Shown here in pieces: positions 36,779-47,528 of a stretch of 64,000 nt of DNA. The position numbers were made by a program, and so were the translations under genes. The notes below the pieces were generated by a model. That model was given only the letters and a program-made list of their open reading frames with translations, searched no databases and was not told where the DNA came from. Location of the stretch: sequence record PQ850622.1; one strand, written 5' to 3'. Source of the DNA: Escherichia phage OliverMaurmann_Bas86. The stretch's first letter is position 1. Each line of letters opens with the position of its first letter.

Positions 36779-38562
36779 GGACGTGCCTCCCCTTCTTGTG
36801 AAAGTAAGGAAGCTGCATCTTCTCCGTTGGTGACTGTAAACGGATTATCTTCATCAACTTCATGATCTTCTCGTTCCACAAGACGACCTGTTTCGTTAAT
36901 GTATTTGGTATAGCAAACCCCTGTCTGTCCATAGTTACGCTCTTTGAGCAGACGTATGATTGACAAGTTTTTACCTAACCCATCCGCTTGTTTATTACGT
37001 TCGAAACCGATAATACATTGACACCAGCGCATTAATGAACGTGAGCCAGTAAACTGTACTTCTTTAACCTGACCACCTTCTTCGTGAGGGGCACCGCCCG
37101 CCGGAGCATTCAAGTGAGATAACACAAAAGCAGTGAAGTCTAATTCCTTACACATACCAGCAAGCTCTGAAGCAATCTTACTGATTTCTGTATTCACTTC
37201 GGATGGAGTTAAGTGAGATACCAATGCAGTGATGTTATCAAGAATGATAAATTTACACTGATTCTCAACTACCCAAAAGCGAATACACTGCTTAATGTCT
37301 TCCCATTCGTTCTGCCCAAAGTTGTCATACAAGAAAAACTTATCAGCGTATCGAAGTGCTTCATCTCGTAGCTGGCTTTCTTCGTACTCAACATCTGGTC
37401 GGTGGAAAGGTACAGATGCTGACTTACCTGCAATGTTCTTAACAGACATGCCTACCTTCTCTTCCAAGAAGAAGCCACCACCATTAAAACCATGCTCAAG
37501 GCAAAGCCATGCTACCAGTTCGTGTGCGATTAAGGTTTTACCTGAACCAACACCACCGCCGATTGCAACCATCTCTCCCCAACGAATACCGAAAGTCATG
37601 TCGTTAAGAGTTTTCCACGGATAAGGGATACCCCACTCCGCTTTCTTCAGAGCATCTTCAAGGCAATCAAAAACTGTAACAGCGCCGGCAGGAGATTCCC
37701 GCTTAGCTGAATATTTCAGATTGTTGAAAAGCTCTTGACCTCTCCCTGCAAGTAACATGTCGTTTGCATCTTTGATTTCCTTTTCTTGTCCGTTATAAGT
37801 GAACGTACCTTTTGGAATTCTTGCAAACTTGACATGTGGGTACAGAGAACGACCTTTAGTCAATGCAATCTCTCCTGCATCATCATTGTCCATGCAGAGT
37901 ACAATCTCCTCGAAACCATTAATAAAATCACGATTTCTTGACAACACAGAAGAGATTGAACCTGCACCGAACGGAAGAGAGACACAAGCAGGTTTGATAT
38001 TAGTTGCGTTTGTGAACGCAGTAAGTACGTGGAATCCAGACATACAAGAGAGTGGGTCTTCGAAGATGAAGAGCTTCTTATTGTAAACATCGCCACGTTG
38101 TGCTTGAGCCATACCAAATAAGTCGGCTTCTTTCACATTACCTACATAATAGAACTTCTTGCTGTCTAGAAGTTTTACTTCATATCCAACAATATTCCCA
38201 TCACGTTCACGAGGGAAGAAGTAGCTGTCAGGAGTTTGACCGTCTGTTTGACTTAAACCAATACGGCATCCATAACGTTCAGATACAGCTTTAGGAATTA
38301 AGCGACGAGTCAATTCTCCCTGAGGAAGCTCTAAGCAATCGTCTAAGACTTCTCGGAGTTCTTCAGGGGACAGCTCTTTCTTTTCATTAGGGGTGGGCGT
38401 CGTTCCTTTCTCGAAGATTTCATACGCACCACATCTGTTACATGAACCCCACTCCTCACCGGACTCTTCATTTCGGAAGAGAATCATGTGATTGCGGGTC
38501 TTATCACGACCATGAGAGATACACTCTTTACAGCCCGTGTCTCCCAAAATGATCTTTGACAT
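36772..38562 (-). CDS. Primase-helicase (T7 gp4-like)
   Basis: N-terminal zinc ribbon [24 protein letters not shown], Walker [10 protein letters not shown], Walker B FIILDNIT. Confidence 0.9.
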   Translation of the reverse strand: MSKIILGDTGCKECISHGRDKTRNHMILFRNEESGEEWGSCNRCGAYEIFEKGTTPTPNEKKELSPEELREVLDDCLELPQGELTRRLIPKAVSERYGCRIGLSQTDGQTPDSYFFPRERDGNIVGYEVKLLDSKKFYYVGNVKEADLFGMAQAQRGDVYNKKLFIFEDPLSCMSGFHVLTAFTNATNIKPACVSLPFGAGSISSVLSRNRDFINGFEEIVLCMDNDDAGEIALTKGRSLYPHVKFARIPKGTFTYNGQEKEIKDANDMLLAGRGQELFNNLKYSAKRESPAGAVTVFDCLEDALKKAEWGIPYPWKTLNDMTFGIRWGEMVAIGGGVGSGKTLIAHELVAWLCLEHGFNGGGFFLEEKVGMSVKNIAGKSASVPFHRPDVEYEESQLRDEALRYADKFFLYDNFGQNEWEDIKQCIRFWVVENQCKFIILDNITALVSHLTPSEVNTEISKIASELAGMCKELDFTAFVLSHLNAPAGGAPHEEGGQVKEVQFTGSRSLMRWCQCIIGFERNKQADGLGKNLSIIRLLKERNYGQTGVCYTKYINETGRLVEREDHEVDEDNPFTVTNGEDAASLLSQEGEARPW

Positions 38563-38597
38563 GCTCTATCCTCCTTGGAATTCCTTGAGCAATCTTC

Positions 38598-38804
38598 TTA
38601 GTAAAACGATCGTATTTCTTCCCACACATCATCTTGCAAGTTTCTAAAACCCTGCAAGGTTTGCTTTGTTCTGTGAATAAATTCTTCAGAGTGCTTATCA
38701 GGTGTGAGCATACTGACAAACTTTTCATAGCGATTAATCTTCCACCGCATCTTCAAGTAGTCAGATTCCAGCTTTCTTAACTTCTGCCTGTCAGTTACTG
38801 TCAT
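38598..38804 (-). CDS. Hypothetical protein
   Basis: ATG at 38804 behind aggtgagaagg is preferred. The track start at 38900 would overlap GGCT-like gene 38791..39222 by 110 nt. Confidence 0.45.
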   Translation of the reverse strand: MTVTDRQKLRKLESDYLKMRWKINRYEKFVSMLTPDKHSEEFIHRTKQTLQGFRNLQDDVWEEIRSFY

Positions 38805-39222
38805 CCTTCTCACCTGCCAGATATGCTGTCCAGTCACCAGATTCAACCAGAACATCTTGTTCTTCGTCGATGTGATAAATCCACGCTTCCACAGTTTCAC
38901 CGCTGTCCAATAATACTGGAATCAGCGTACGCTTATAAAAGGTGTATGGGTTATCATTGCCACGGTGACCTTCCAGACCGTCATATGGGCCTTCCAGACC
39001 AGCTTGGGTTGTTTCAAAGACTTCTACACGAACAGGCTTACCATTGCTGTCATGCTCCAAAGATACACTTGGGAAGTATGCTGTGCAATACTGATACAGG
39101 TTACAGTTGTTTACTGTCCACCCTTCACCAATAGACACACCACCTGCACGAGCATTGATAGCATGGTTGTGTTGACCTTTTCTCAAGCTTCCGTAAGTTG
39201 CAACTAGTACTTTATCAGACAT
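38791..39222 (-). CDS. Gamma-glutamyl cyclotransferase-like (AIG2/GGCT fold) protein
   Basis: N-terminal VATYGSLRKGQHNH is the YGSL-x-x-G signature of the GGCT/AIG2 family. Confidence 0.7.
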   Translation of the reverse strand: MSDKVLVATYGSLRKGQHNHAINARAGGVSIGEGWTVNNCNLYQYCTAYFPSVSLEHDSNGKPVRVEVFETTQAGLEGPYDGLEGHRGNDNPYTFYKRTLIPVLLDSGETVEAWIYHIDEEQDVLVESGDWTAYLAGEKDDSN

Positions 39223-39288
39223 TATATTACCTTTTAGTGTTTCAGTTAAATTCGAACTAGCCTCCTCTTTCGAAGAGGCTAAAGCAAA

Positions 39289-39474
39289 TTATTCTACTTC
39301 GAAGTGTTTGATCACACCAGTCAACACATCAGATTGGAATGTACCCACTAGCTCTGTACCTCGGAAGAAGTTAACACTTGTTCCAAGTGATTCAAAGCGA
39401 TCTGCTTGAATGTCCAGAGATTGAATATTTCCTTCTGCTGACATTGTACGAAACATGATTGTGTATTTATTCAC
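39289..39474 (-). CDS. Hypothetical protein
   Basis: 61-aa ORF coupled to the upstream gene. Confidence 0.45.
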   Translation of the reverse strand: MNKYTIMFRTMSAEGNIQSLDIQADRFESLGTSVNFFRGTELVGTFQSDVLTGVIKHFEVE

Positions 39475-39713
39475 AGACTTGTTACTCCCTTATCTGCTTG
39501 TGCAATTGCGATGATACGCTCAGCACATTCCATTGAATATTTATCACCTCGTTTGAGGAAGGTGATGATTGCAGAGAACTGATTACCAATCATTCTCTTA
39601 TTTGTGATACCGAACTCTTCACAGAGTTGGTTGATAGCTTTACGAGAGCCTACAATCAGAGGCTCTTTTTCTTCGGTCATTCCACGGCTGATCAAATCTT
39701 CGATAGACAACAT
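39471..39713 (-). CDS. Hypothetical protein (possible HTH)
   Basis: 80-aa ORF. INQLCEEFGITNKRMIGNQFS is HTH-like (weak). Confidence 0.5.
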   Translation of the reverse strand: MLSIEDLISRGMTEEKEPLIVGSRKAINQLCEEFGITNKRMIGNQFSAIITFLKRGDKYSMECAERIIAIAQADKGVTSL

Positions 39714-39739
39714 TACAAATTCCTTTTTGTTTAATTTAA

Positions 39740-40975
39740 TTACAGAGTTACTGCTACTTCGCTACCTTCAACATTGACAGACTCTAACTTGCGAGGGTTA
39801 TGAATCTGTACCGGATTAACCGGAACGTTCCAACCACTACGGTAGAAGTTACGACCATCACAGAACAAAATGACATTGGCAGACATTGCATTCGGTTGCA
39901 GGTTGTTATGGACATGACGGATATCTGCAATCCAATAACCACGAGACAAAGTGTAACCAGTAGGTGCATTACGAATAGTTTGAGTATTCATCTGACCTTC
40001 CAGTTGCATCTCTTCAGGAACTACATCTACCGAATCAACTGGCTGTGCTACCTGATCTTCCAGTGCAAAGTTTTCATCATTAGCGCTTTCGCTGTCATCT
40101 ACCAACTCACCGTCTCCATCTTCAATCGGAGTCTGGTAAACCACTTTATACTGAGGAGTATAGAGAGGGTTCTGAGCTTTAACAAACTCAAGGATGTTAT
40201 GGCGGTAGGTATCCAGAGTTGTACCAGTCAGGCCCGGTGCTGTATTAACTTCCAGTACCCACGCTTCTTGACCTTTGGTGATAATATCAACTGCACCGAA
40301 ATCCAGACCCATTGATTCAACAGCTTTCACCGCATTGATCAGAGAGGCGTCATTCGGAGCATCTGTGAAGGAGCTTGAGTAAACCCAGCCAGTGTGGTGA
40401 TTACGAATATCTTCACGATAGTTAGGGTCTTCGCGATAACCATTGCGACGAATCTTCTTCTGAACATAGGTGATTACACCTTTGAACACATGAACACGCC
40501 ACTCACGACGTGGGCCTTGAATGCCTTTAGTGTACAGTTCAGCTCGACCAAGACCATCACCCGGTTCTACAACAACAATACCCGAACCAGAGTGACCAGT
40601 CAGCTCATGGCGCTCATACACAATATTACCAGTGTTTGACCACTCCTGAGCAGTCTCTTGAACATCTGTGTATTCCACAGTTTTAACACCTGCTTGGTCC
40701 ATCACACTGAAAGCACGACGTTTGTTCGCTGCCATATATAAGGCTGCGGTACGGTTAAGGACGGTTGCAGAACCAAAGAATGATTCAGGATAGCGACGGT
40801 TCCCGTAGTTAACAACCACATCACCTTCACGAGAACGCCAGCGGCTATTCTCTGAAAGAAGACCCATCACGTTAGCATTGATGCGTTCATCACGGATAGT
40901 ATCACTGATAGCAGATACTAGAGCGTTAACAGAATCAGACGGGCCATACGGAAGAACACGGATACGAGTAGTCAT
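39740..40975 (-). CDS. ATP-grasp ligase (RimK-like)
   Basis: Layout and motifs fit an ATP-grasp fold (..ANKRRAF..GV.TV.., EWRVHVFKG, DFGAVDII..WVLEVNTAPGL). The C-terminal 130 aa are unassigned. Confidence 0.75.
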   Translation of the reverse strand: MTTRIRVLPYGPSDSVNALVSAISDTIRDERINANVMGLLSENSRWRSREGDVVVNYGNRRYPESFFGSATVLNRTAALYMAANKRRAFSVMDQAGVKTVEYTDVQETAQEWSNTGNIVYERHELTGHSGSGIVVVEPGDGLGRAELYTKGIQGPRREWRVHVFKGVITYVQKKIRRNGYREDPNYREDIRNHHTGWVYSSSFTDAPNDASLINAVKAVESMGLDFGAVDIITKGQEAWVLEVNTAPGLTGTTLDTYRHNILEFVKAQNPLYTPQYKVVYQTPIEDGDGELVDDSESANDENFALEDQVAQPVDSVDVVPEEMQLEGQMNTQTIRNAPTGYTLSRGYWIADIRHVHNNLQPNAMSANVILFCDGRNFYRSGWNVPVNPVQIHNPRKLESVNVEGSEVAVTL

Positions 40976-40977
40976 TT

Positions 40978-41208
40978 TTAGATACCTTTTAGTTTAAGAA
41001 TTTCGTTACGACAGGATTGAATTTTAGCTTCGATTGCCCAATACTCAGCGAACATTTCGTCTTCTTGGGCATCGCTTGGAGAGTCAATTAAGTTAAAAGC
41101 AAACGGATACAGCTTTCGCTGCTCCGTTACCAGTTGTTGAAGTCGGAGTTGTTGATACTCCAGCATTGTCAGGTGAGGCTTAGCTCCCTTGCTTGACATG
41201 AGGCTCAA
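40978..41208 (-). CDS. Hypothetical protein
   Basis: 76-aa helical ORF. Start uncertain. Confidence 0.45.
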   Translation of the reverse strand: MSLMSSKGAKPHLTMLEYQQLRLQQLVTEQRKLYPFAFNLIDSPSDAQEDEMFAEYWAIEAKIQSCRNEILKLKGI

Positions 41209-41413
41209 CTTTAATCCCCTTCATTTTAACATAGTCAGCCAACACGTTATTGATAACGGTTGGAAAAGGGATTTCTACTGGAGAGTCAACCAGCTTCCCA
41301 ATACCTTCTTGCATCCACTTCTGGATTGCTCGGAGGTTATCACATCCTGTGCTTGTCATCGGAATACGGCGGGTAGTTACCACGTTATCCAACATCAGTT
41401 TACGAACTTCCAT
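41180..41413 (-). CDS. Hypothetical protein
   Basis: 77-aa ORF directly downstream of the GATase. Confidence 0.45.
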   Translation of the reverse strand: MEVRKLMLDNVVTTRRIPMTSTGCDNLRAIQKWMQEGIGKLVDSPVEIPFPTVINNVLADYVKMKGIKVEPHVKQGS

Positions 41414-41424
41414 AACTATACCTC

Positions 41425-43458
41425 TTAGTGTTTACCTTTACAGTAATCTGAATTACAGATCACCCTGTTTTCTTTGTTCAGTGAGCAAGTTTCTGCATCA
41501 CGCCACGGAATTTGTTTATAACAGACTGCACAAAACCCAATTGAAGTCCAGAGGGCTTTTGTAAACTCAGCTGTTCGTTGTCCATCGTAACTGACAACTG
41601 TTTTTCGGAGAGAGGTTGACTTTTCTGGAAATGTCTCCGCTTTCTCAGCGGGTACCTCCTTTGGGGCATTCTTTGGACCATAAACAGAGATGGCATAAGT
41701 ATCACCACCACGTTTTTCCAAATACGAATTAGGAACATCTGCAAGTGTGATGTCCCCTGAACGTTTTGCTGAGCTGACCATTACAATCATACGGCTAAGC
41801 ATACGTTCATCAACACGAACAGCTACTTCAGGACGACGTGGGTTGGTTGTGTCTACTGCTTTAGTCCAAATATAACCTTCAGATAGAGTAACATTCTTTA
41901 CTTTATCTTTGATTTCTTTGGAGCAGATATAACAAACGTCTTCACCACGAAGTTTACTCATTTCGTTGTCAAACTCGAAATCAGTCTTGACTTCACCACA
42001 GATAGCACATACACCCAAAGGCACATCTTCTTCCTCTTCAGAGGTTTTAGATAACGCTTCGAAGCATTCTGGATGCCAGTATGCCTGATAAGCAAACACA
42101 GCCTTACGAGCATCTTTCCAGTCAATGTGCTTATCACAACCACCACAGTCACCATGAGAGTGAGATTCCCAGAACTTACGAGTGACTTCTACACCATTCT
42201 TAGTGATGAAGGAGTCCTCTGCATCAAAAGGGATATCATCATCAAAATCAGCAGTAGTGCTTTGAGGCTCCTTATCTGTAGCATCAACAAACAGCCCTGA
42301 AGTTAGTACGAGGCGAATCATACTGTCCACTTCGGAGATACAAGCGATTGTCCCGCGATATACTACCTTTGGGTTTTCAAGAGCCTTAAGATATTCATCT
42401 TTGGCTACGTTGTGAACATCCCCTTCGACATACTCTTGGGCTTTATCATCGTAGATGTAACCAACCATCTTACCACGATCTGTGTTGTTATAAGCATGGA
42501 ACTCGTGAGGAGTAATATCCACACGACCATCACGACGATAAGGAAGACCACGATCGGCAGCCAGTTTGTTCTGGTCTTCAATCGCTTTACGACGACGAAT
42601 GTCTCCGCTTGTCACGCCGGGCTTGTCGTCTTTGTTTCCGTAAATGTCGCTTGTGCTGCTGCTTGGTTTGTTTGTCTGTTGGTTCTGATAAAGAGAGGAG
42701 TTCGAGTAATAGCCGCCCCAGCGACTCGTTACCGTAAAAACCGGAAGCTTGTGCTCCACCTCTTGAACCAGAGTCATACGACTGTTAGACACATCAAAGA
42801 TATACTCAGTTCCCACTTTACACTCGAAGTGGTCATTGATACGGTTCTTGTGGGATTTAGAACGCTCTAAAATCCACATAAGCATAGCTTCTTCAGAAGC
42901 CCCAAACCAATCCAAACCACAGCGGGCTAGGTGGAAAGGACGCTCATCATTACGGATAATGTGAAGCGTGTTGTCTTTAGCATCATGCCAAATCAAAGTG
43001 AATGCACCATCCAGTTTTTGGATAGTCTCTGCTGCTCCAATGGTGTTAATTGAGTGGCAGATGTTTTCACTATCAACTTCGAAACGCTTACTGTCAGGAA
43101 GGAGATCTTGATCTAACAGGGTTCCATTATGAACCAGAGTAATATCCCCGTGAGTAAATGGGTGAGCATTTCGAGCATTGACAGCCCCACGAGTGGCATG
43201 TCGGCTGTGACCAACAATCCACGAAGGAGGAACTACGTAGTTCGTAAGCCCTTTGGTAATATTTGTATATTCTGTCTGGAGCATAAAAGCATAAGAAGGA
43301 AGAGCTTCTTTATAAGAGAAGACTTGCTTTTCACCTTTACGCTGACCAAACACACCAGTTGAGTGCTGTCCACGGAAAACACCAGCATACAGAAGTTGGT
43401 TGAAAATGTCCAAATCTGCTGAGGTCATGTTGCCGCCAGCTAATACGATACCACAAAT
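41425..43458 (-). CDS. Class II (Ntn) glutamine amidotransferase fused to a Cys-rich zinc-ribbon region; predicted ATT start
   Basis: The frame upstream of ATG 43428 reads TAG-AAA-ATT-TGT-GGT-ATC-GTA, giving (M)CGIVLAGG, the canonical GATase-II N-terminus, behind aggtgga. HSRHATRG and NAHPF motifs are present. The C-terminal half has 3-4 CxxC pairs. Confidence 0.8.
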   Translation of the reverse strand: MCGIVLAGGNMTSADLDIFNQLLYAGVFRGQHSTGVFGQRKGEKQVFSYKEALPSYAFMLQTEYTNITKGLTNYVVPPSWIVGHSRHATRGAVNARNAHPFTHGDITLVHNGTLLDQDLLPDSKRFEVDSENICHSINTIGAAETIQKLDGAFTLIWHDAKDNTLHIIRNDERPFHLARCGLDWFGASEEAMLMWILERSKSHKNRINDHFECKVGTEYIFDVSNSRMTLVQEVEHKLPVFTVTSRWGGYYSNSSLYQNQQTNKPSSSTSDIYGNKDDKPGVTSGDIRRRKAIEDQNKLAADRGLPYRRDGRVDITPHEFHAYNNTDRGKMVGYIYDDKAQEYVEGDVHNVAKDEYLKALENPKVVYRGTIACISEVDSMIRLVLTSGLFVDATDKEPQSTTADFDDDIPFDAEDSFITKNGVEVTRKFWESHSHGDCGGCDKHIDWKDARKAVFAYQAYWHPECFEALSKTSEEEEDVPLGVCAICGEVKTDFEFDNEMSKLRGEDVCYICSKEIKDKVKNVTLSEGYIWTKAVDTTNPRRPEVAVRVDERMLSRMIVMVSSAKRSGDITLADVPNSYLEKRGGDTYAISVYGPKNAPKEVPAEKAETFPEKSTSLRKTVVSYDGQRTAEFTKALWTSIGFCAVCYKQIPWRDAETCSLNKENRVICNSDYCKGKH

Positions 43459-43535
43459 TTTCTAATCCACCTGAAGGGTAAACCCTTTCATCTAATTAAC
43501 CTTTAAATGCGCCCTGTATAAGAGCGCCCGTTGTG

Positions 43536-44636
43536 TTACAGCAGTCGTTCTAATTGCATTTCCAGAAGGTCTGGAATATAACCAGTGACGTTATCATCAC
43601 TGCTACCTGATTCACGCATCAATGCAAACATGTGACGAATTTCACGAACCGTTGCGATTCGAGTGCTTTCAATCTGAGGGGTGTAGTAGGTCATGATCTC
43701 TTCGTAGACACTGTTGGCATTACCGCGCACATATCCCAAGAAACCATAGAAGTCATTCATATCACGTAAGTTGATAAGGACTTCACCATCAGGGCCAGTC
43801 TGTTGCACACGAACACGACCAACCAAAGTCACAGATTGCTCACGACAGAAGAGAATATCACGAGCAAGACGATACCCTTCAGTGAGATCACTGTCTCTTG
43901 GAGTATAGTCTAGGGGTAGATGTTGAATCATAGGAGCGAAGCGCAGCTCATTCAACTTCTCAACATAAGCTTCATTGTCTAAATCTGCATATTCAACAGC
44001 CAGTTTCTTGAGAACCAAGAAGCGGTTGACCAGATTCAGAAGTTGGCTCTTTTTCCACTTCGGCTCTGAGATACGGAACTCAACAGAACCAAATTGAGAT
44101 AGAGGCAAAAGATTAAGGGAGGTATATTTATCCCAGCTATTAACAAGAGAGTGGAAGAAAGCTTCCCCGTCTCGGTTGAACGCTGACGAAGCATTCATAA
44201 CTTGTGCTTGAACGACAGCAAAAGCTGGACAGAAGTTGCTACGATAGCGATGGTATCCAGAACATTTGAACATCATCTTTTCATAGAACGTCCATCCAAG
44301 AATAACTTTCTTAAGGATGTTACTATCAGCGTCACGCATATCCATATGAACATGAGTGGAGCAGCGCCAAGTTCCCTCGGCTCCAGAATCCTGTACTGCT
44401 TCACTCAGATTGTTAATAGCACGAAGTAATTCTTCACCGTTGTAAGGTCGTGCACATACTAATTCACAACCATCACGAAGAGAGCCATCTTCAGTACAAA
44501 CCCACATATCAGCGTCAATGTCAGTTGTACCTTCGACTTCTAACTCAATACCAACACCACACTGAAAAGCAATACTTGGATGCGGTTCAGATAAGCGAGG
44601 GTTACGGTATCCAAAAACTTGTGCTACGGTTGTCAT
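43536..44636 (-). CDS. Amidoligase_2-family (GS-like) enzyme
   Basis: GVGIELEVEG, TEDGSLRDGCELV and CSTHVHMD match my recollection of the putative amidoligase family. Confidence 0.7.
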   Translation of the reverse strand: MTTVAQVFGYRNPRLSEPHPSIAFQCGVGIELEVEGTTDIDADMWVCTEDGSLRDGCELVCARPYNGEELLRAINNLSEAVQDSGAEGTWRCSTHVHMDMRDADSNILKKVILGWTFYEKMMFKCSGYHRYRSNFCPAFAVVQAQVMNASSAFNRDGEAFFHSLVNSWDKYTSLNLLPLSQFGSVEFRISEPKWKKSQLLNLVNRFLVLKKLAVEYADLDNEAYVEKLNELRFAPMIQHLPLDYTPRDSDLTEGYRLARDILFCREQSVTLVGRVRVQQTGPDGEVLINLRDMNDFYGFLGYVRGNANSVYEEIMTYYTPQIESTRIATVREIRHMFALMRESGSSDDNVTGYIPDLLEMQLERLL

Positions 44637-45259
44637 AATGATTCCACCAACTCTACATTATATGATGACAGGTCTGAAGAAATATGCTTGAACTTCTCCA
44701 GAAGGTTTAAAGATTGACGACCATTGTCGCCATAACCAGCTTCAAGAAGCACGTTTCCAACGTAAGCCCCTTTGTAATAAACTTTTCCATCGACAGGATT
44801 GATATAGATGAAACGAGTAACCAACCCTTCAAACTCTGGATTAAACAGGTTGTACACCAATTCACCCGGAATCGAACGACCGAGAGAAGGAGGTGCACCG
44901 CGAAGTTTGTTTCCCATCAAACCTTTAGCTCTCTGACGAACAGGGTTGATATGGGTCCAGCTCACCATGTTATTGCCATGCTGAAGGTATCCTACATCTG
45001 GAGATTCCAGAATAAGGCTGTGATCAAACACTGGTATATTGCTAACAATCTGACGTTCAAACTGACCTTCAGAGTTTTTAGTCCAACGTTCTGCCTCAAA
45101 CACTAAAGACATTTCAGCGTCGTGTGAGTAGTCGTCGATATCAAAGTTACCTTGCTGACGAACATCAAGCACATATAGAGGGAGGTTTTTACCATCAGGT
45201 GATCGCTGAGCAATCCATGTTCCACAATAATAGTGTTGAAAATCTCTTAACAAGCTCAC
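44633..45259 (-). CDS. Hypothetical protein of the amidoligase cluster
   Basis: 208-aa ORF, translationally coupled on both sides. Confidence 0.55.
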   Translation of the reverse strand: MSLLRDFQHYYCGTWIAQRSPDGKNLPLYVLDVRQQGNFDIDDYSHDAEMSLVFEAERWTKNSEGQFERQIVSNIPVFDHSLILESPDVGYLQHGNNMVSWTHINPVRQRAKGLMGNKLRGAPPSLGRSIPGELVYNLFNPEFEGLVTRFIYINPVDGKVYYKGAYVGNVLLEAGYGDNGRQSLNLLEKFKHISSDLSSYNVELVESL

Positions 45260-45268
45260 AATATCACC

Positions 45269-46078
45269 TTATACAATCTGGAGTTTAGAGGAGAATTTAT
45301 CCGCTTCTTTAACATCGTTGCTGTTGATGATGTTATGAAGCTTTTCGATTGGAAGACGAGAGTGAAGTGACATCAACACTTCCATATCACAGCCTTGAAC
45401 AACCTTATCCACTTGCTCATAAACAAACTTGCGGGTTGACTTCTCACCAATCCAGAAGTTAGAAAGAGAACGATATTCAATACCGTAGTCCTTGTAACGA
45501 ATAGCAGAAGCCTTTCCGTACAACTCTTTACGACGAGTGTCTTTATCCATGATTACAGCTGGCAAGGACAGGAAGTAATCACACAGCACACCCAACATCA
45601 TTTGAGTTTGTCGATTGATCTCCAAAGTTCCAGAGACACCGAGGTGCACATGGCCCCCAGCAGTACGCAAACCTTTATCGGTTGCGACTGGTGAAGGGTT
45701 CTTTTGTCCAGTGAAGGCGTTGAAATCAGGAGTACAGCCAAATACAAAAGCTGACGGATGGAATGATTCAAGCTCTTCTGAAGTGAACACATGAGAGCTA
45801 ATCCCAAGCGCTGCTTCCAGACCACGATCATTCAGGATTTTGTTAGTCAGATCAATACCGCGCTGAATATTATCATCAAACGCTTCAAACCCTTTCTGTG
45901 GGTTAATATCAAACTCAGCCAGAACGTTGTCTTCTTGAAGACGAACATCAGGAGCCAGATCAATTTTGTTATCTTTAGAACATCCCAGCTTACCAGCCAC
46001 AGAGGTGATAATACCGGAAGCAGTACGAACAAACATTTCCGGATCCGACCCTATTAAGAATTTACGTTTAGTAGTCAT
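45269..46078 (-). CDS. phiEco32-type COOH-NH2 ligase (GCS-like, type 2)
   Basis: N-terminal FLIGSDPEMFV and the later GGHVHLG fit my recollection of this family. Confidence 0.65.
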   Translation of the reverse strand: MTTKRKFLIGSDPEMFVRTASGIITSVAGKLGCSKDNKIDLAPDVRLQEDNVLAEFDINPQKGFEAFDDNIQRGIDLTNKILNDRGLEAALGISSHVFTSEELESFHPSAFVFGCTPDFNAFTGQKNPSPVATDKGLRTAGGHVHLGVSGTLEINRQTQMMLGVLCDYFLSLPAVIMDKDTRRKELYGKASAIRYKDYGIEYRSLSNFWIGEKSTRKFVYEQVDKVVQGCDMEVLMSLHSRLPIEKLHNIINSNDVKEADKFSSKLQIV

Positions 46079-46545
46079 GCTTTAGTCCAACCTTTATGAG
46101 ATAGATAGTTTTTAAATCTGCCACTGTGCACAGCGCCCATGTGGCCTTGATGTAAGTCGTTGCTTCTACAGAAGTCTCTAAGATTGTATATTGTTACAAC
46201 CTCGCCATCTGGAGATCTAAACTTCCAAAATCTAGCATTCCCTTTCACAGCGTTTTCTTCACTGGTCAGAAGTTGGAAATTACTTGGGTGGTTATTAAGT
46301 TTATCGCCATCGATGTGATCAACAGTCATACCATCCGGAATAGGCCCAATAAACAATTCATACATAAGTCTATGTAATAAAAAGTTCCTTGTTATCTTTT
46401 CAGGAGCCTGAACTGTTGTAAACTTAAGATAACCATCTTTATCAGGAAACAGTTTCCTCTGTTTCCCTGTTCTTGCATGGAATATACTACCGTCTTCGAA
46501 CACCAAGAAGGTAGCAACTCCGACTACTAACTCCCTAAATTCCAT
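46075..46545 (-). CDS. HNH_3 homing endonuclease
   Basis: GYLKF..LHRLMYELFIGPIPDGMTVDHIDGDKLNNHPSNFQL. Inserted inside the amidoligase cluster. Confidence 0.75.
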   Translation of the reverse strand: MEFRELVVGVATFLVFEDGSIFHARTGKQRKLFPDKDGYLKFTTVQAPEKITRNFLLHRLMYELFIGPIPDGMTVDHIDGDKLNNHPSNFQLLTSEENAVKGNARFWKFRSPDGEVVTIYNLRDFCRSNDLHQGHMGAVHSGRFKNYLSHKGWTKA

Positions 46546-46569
46546 AGAGAGCCAATAAGGAAAGCACGC

Positions 46570-47520
46570 TTAGTCATTGTAATACTCCACGAGTTCATCA
46601 AAAAGGGAAACAACACGAGCACCAGCTTCTTCTGGTGTCATTGAGGAAGGTACTGCTTGCATCAGTCGTTCGATAAAACTGCGAACAGTGATTCTGTCCA
46701 TACGCTGATCTAATACTTCTCGCTTGTGACCTGCACAAGTTGACCAGAGACGCAACCACTCACTCATACTTTCATAATGGTCAGGGTCTTGGTCACGACG
46801 GCGTGCCATACGACGGAGAACTCCATCATTATGGTTTCGTACATAACCATCTCGGTTATCATCAACACCGAACACATTCTGAACCCATACGTTTTCAGAA
46901 AATTCATCAGTGGTGCAAATTAGTGGCAGAAATGCAATTGCACTCATGTCACCATCAAAATAAGTCGCTGCTGACTCATCGGTTGAGTCTACGTCATTAC
47001 TATAACACCAGCGACCAAAGAAGTTACGACTTAAACCAGCTAAGCGTAGAGCTAAACCGATTCGTTGTCGCTTAAGCAACTCTTCCTTGTCTTGTACGCC
47101 TTCCTGAAGGAACTCCATTCCATTAAAATCACCATCCAAATAGCTACGGATGGTCATTAGTCCAGTAAACACCTTGTCTGCTGGATGGTTTCGAAGGTTC
47201 ACGGCAATGGAGTTCACCGAAGTGACAGAGAACATATCTTTATAGCAAGACATTGAGTTAAAAATGTCTGTTGCTTCAACTAAAGCTCTTTCGATATCTT
47301 TAGCCGGCACGCCATAAAAATTGTGAGGCCAGAAGTTAATAACTTCAATTTCTGAAGTTCTGTCACGAAGGCTTGTTCGGTTACGACTTTCACCGTTAAT
47401 GTCTGTAACAGAATACATGTGCATACAGTTAAAAGTACCAAAGCAAGCTCTTCCTTTGAACACTGACTCACCGAAATCCTCTGCCGGTGTTACCGGAGCA
47501 ATCGATGCGGAGATTGACAT
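46570..47520 (-). CDS. Hypothetical protein of the amidoligase cluster
   Basis: 316-aa ORF. No motif recognised. Confidence 0.55.
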   Translation of the reverse strand: MSISASIAPVTPAEDFGESVFKGRACFGTFNCMHMYSVTDINGESRNRTSLRDRTSEIEVINFWPHNFYGVPAKDIERALVEATDIFNSMSCYKDMFSVTSVNSIAVNLRNHPADKVFTGLMTIRSYLDGDFNGMEFLQEGVQDKEELLKRQRIGLALRLAGLSRNFFGRWCYSNDVDSTDESAATYFDGDMSAIAFLPLICTTDEFSENVWVQNVFGVDDNRDGYVRNHNDGVLRRMARRRDQDPDHYESMSEWLRLWSTCAGHKREVLDQRMDRITVRSFIERLMQAVPSSMTPEEAGARVVSLFDELVEYYND

Positions 47521-47528
47521 ATTCGCCT

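Noticed and set aside
39259-39280. Hairpin AGCCTCCTC/GAAGAGGCT after gene 39289..39474 as a terminator
   Set aside because: The stem has a mismatch and there is no U-run on either strand, which is too weak to call.
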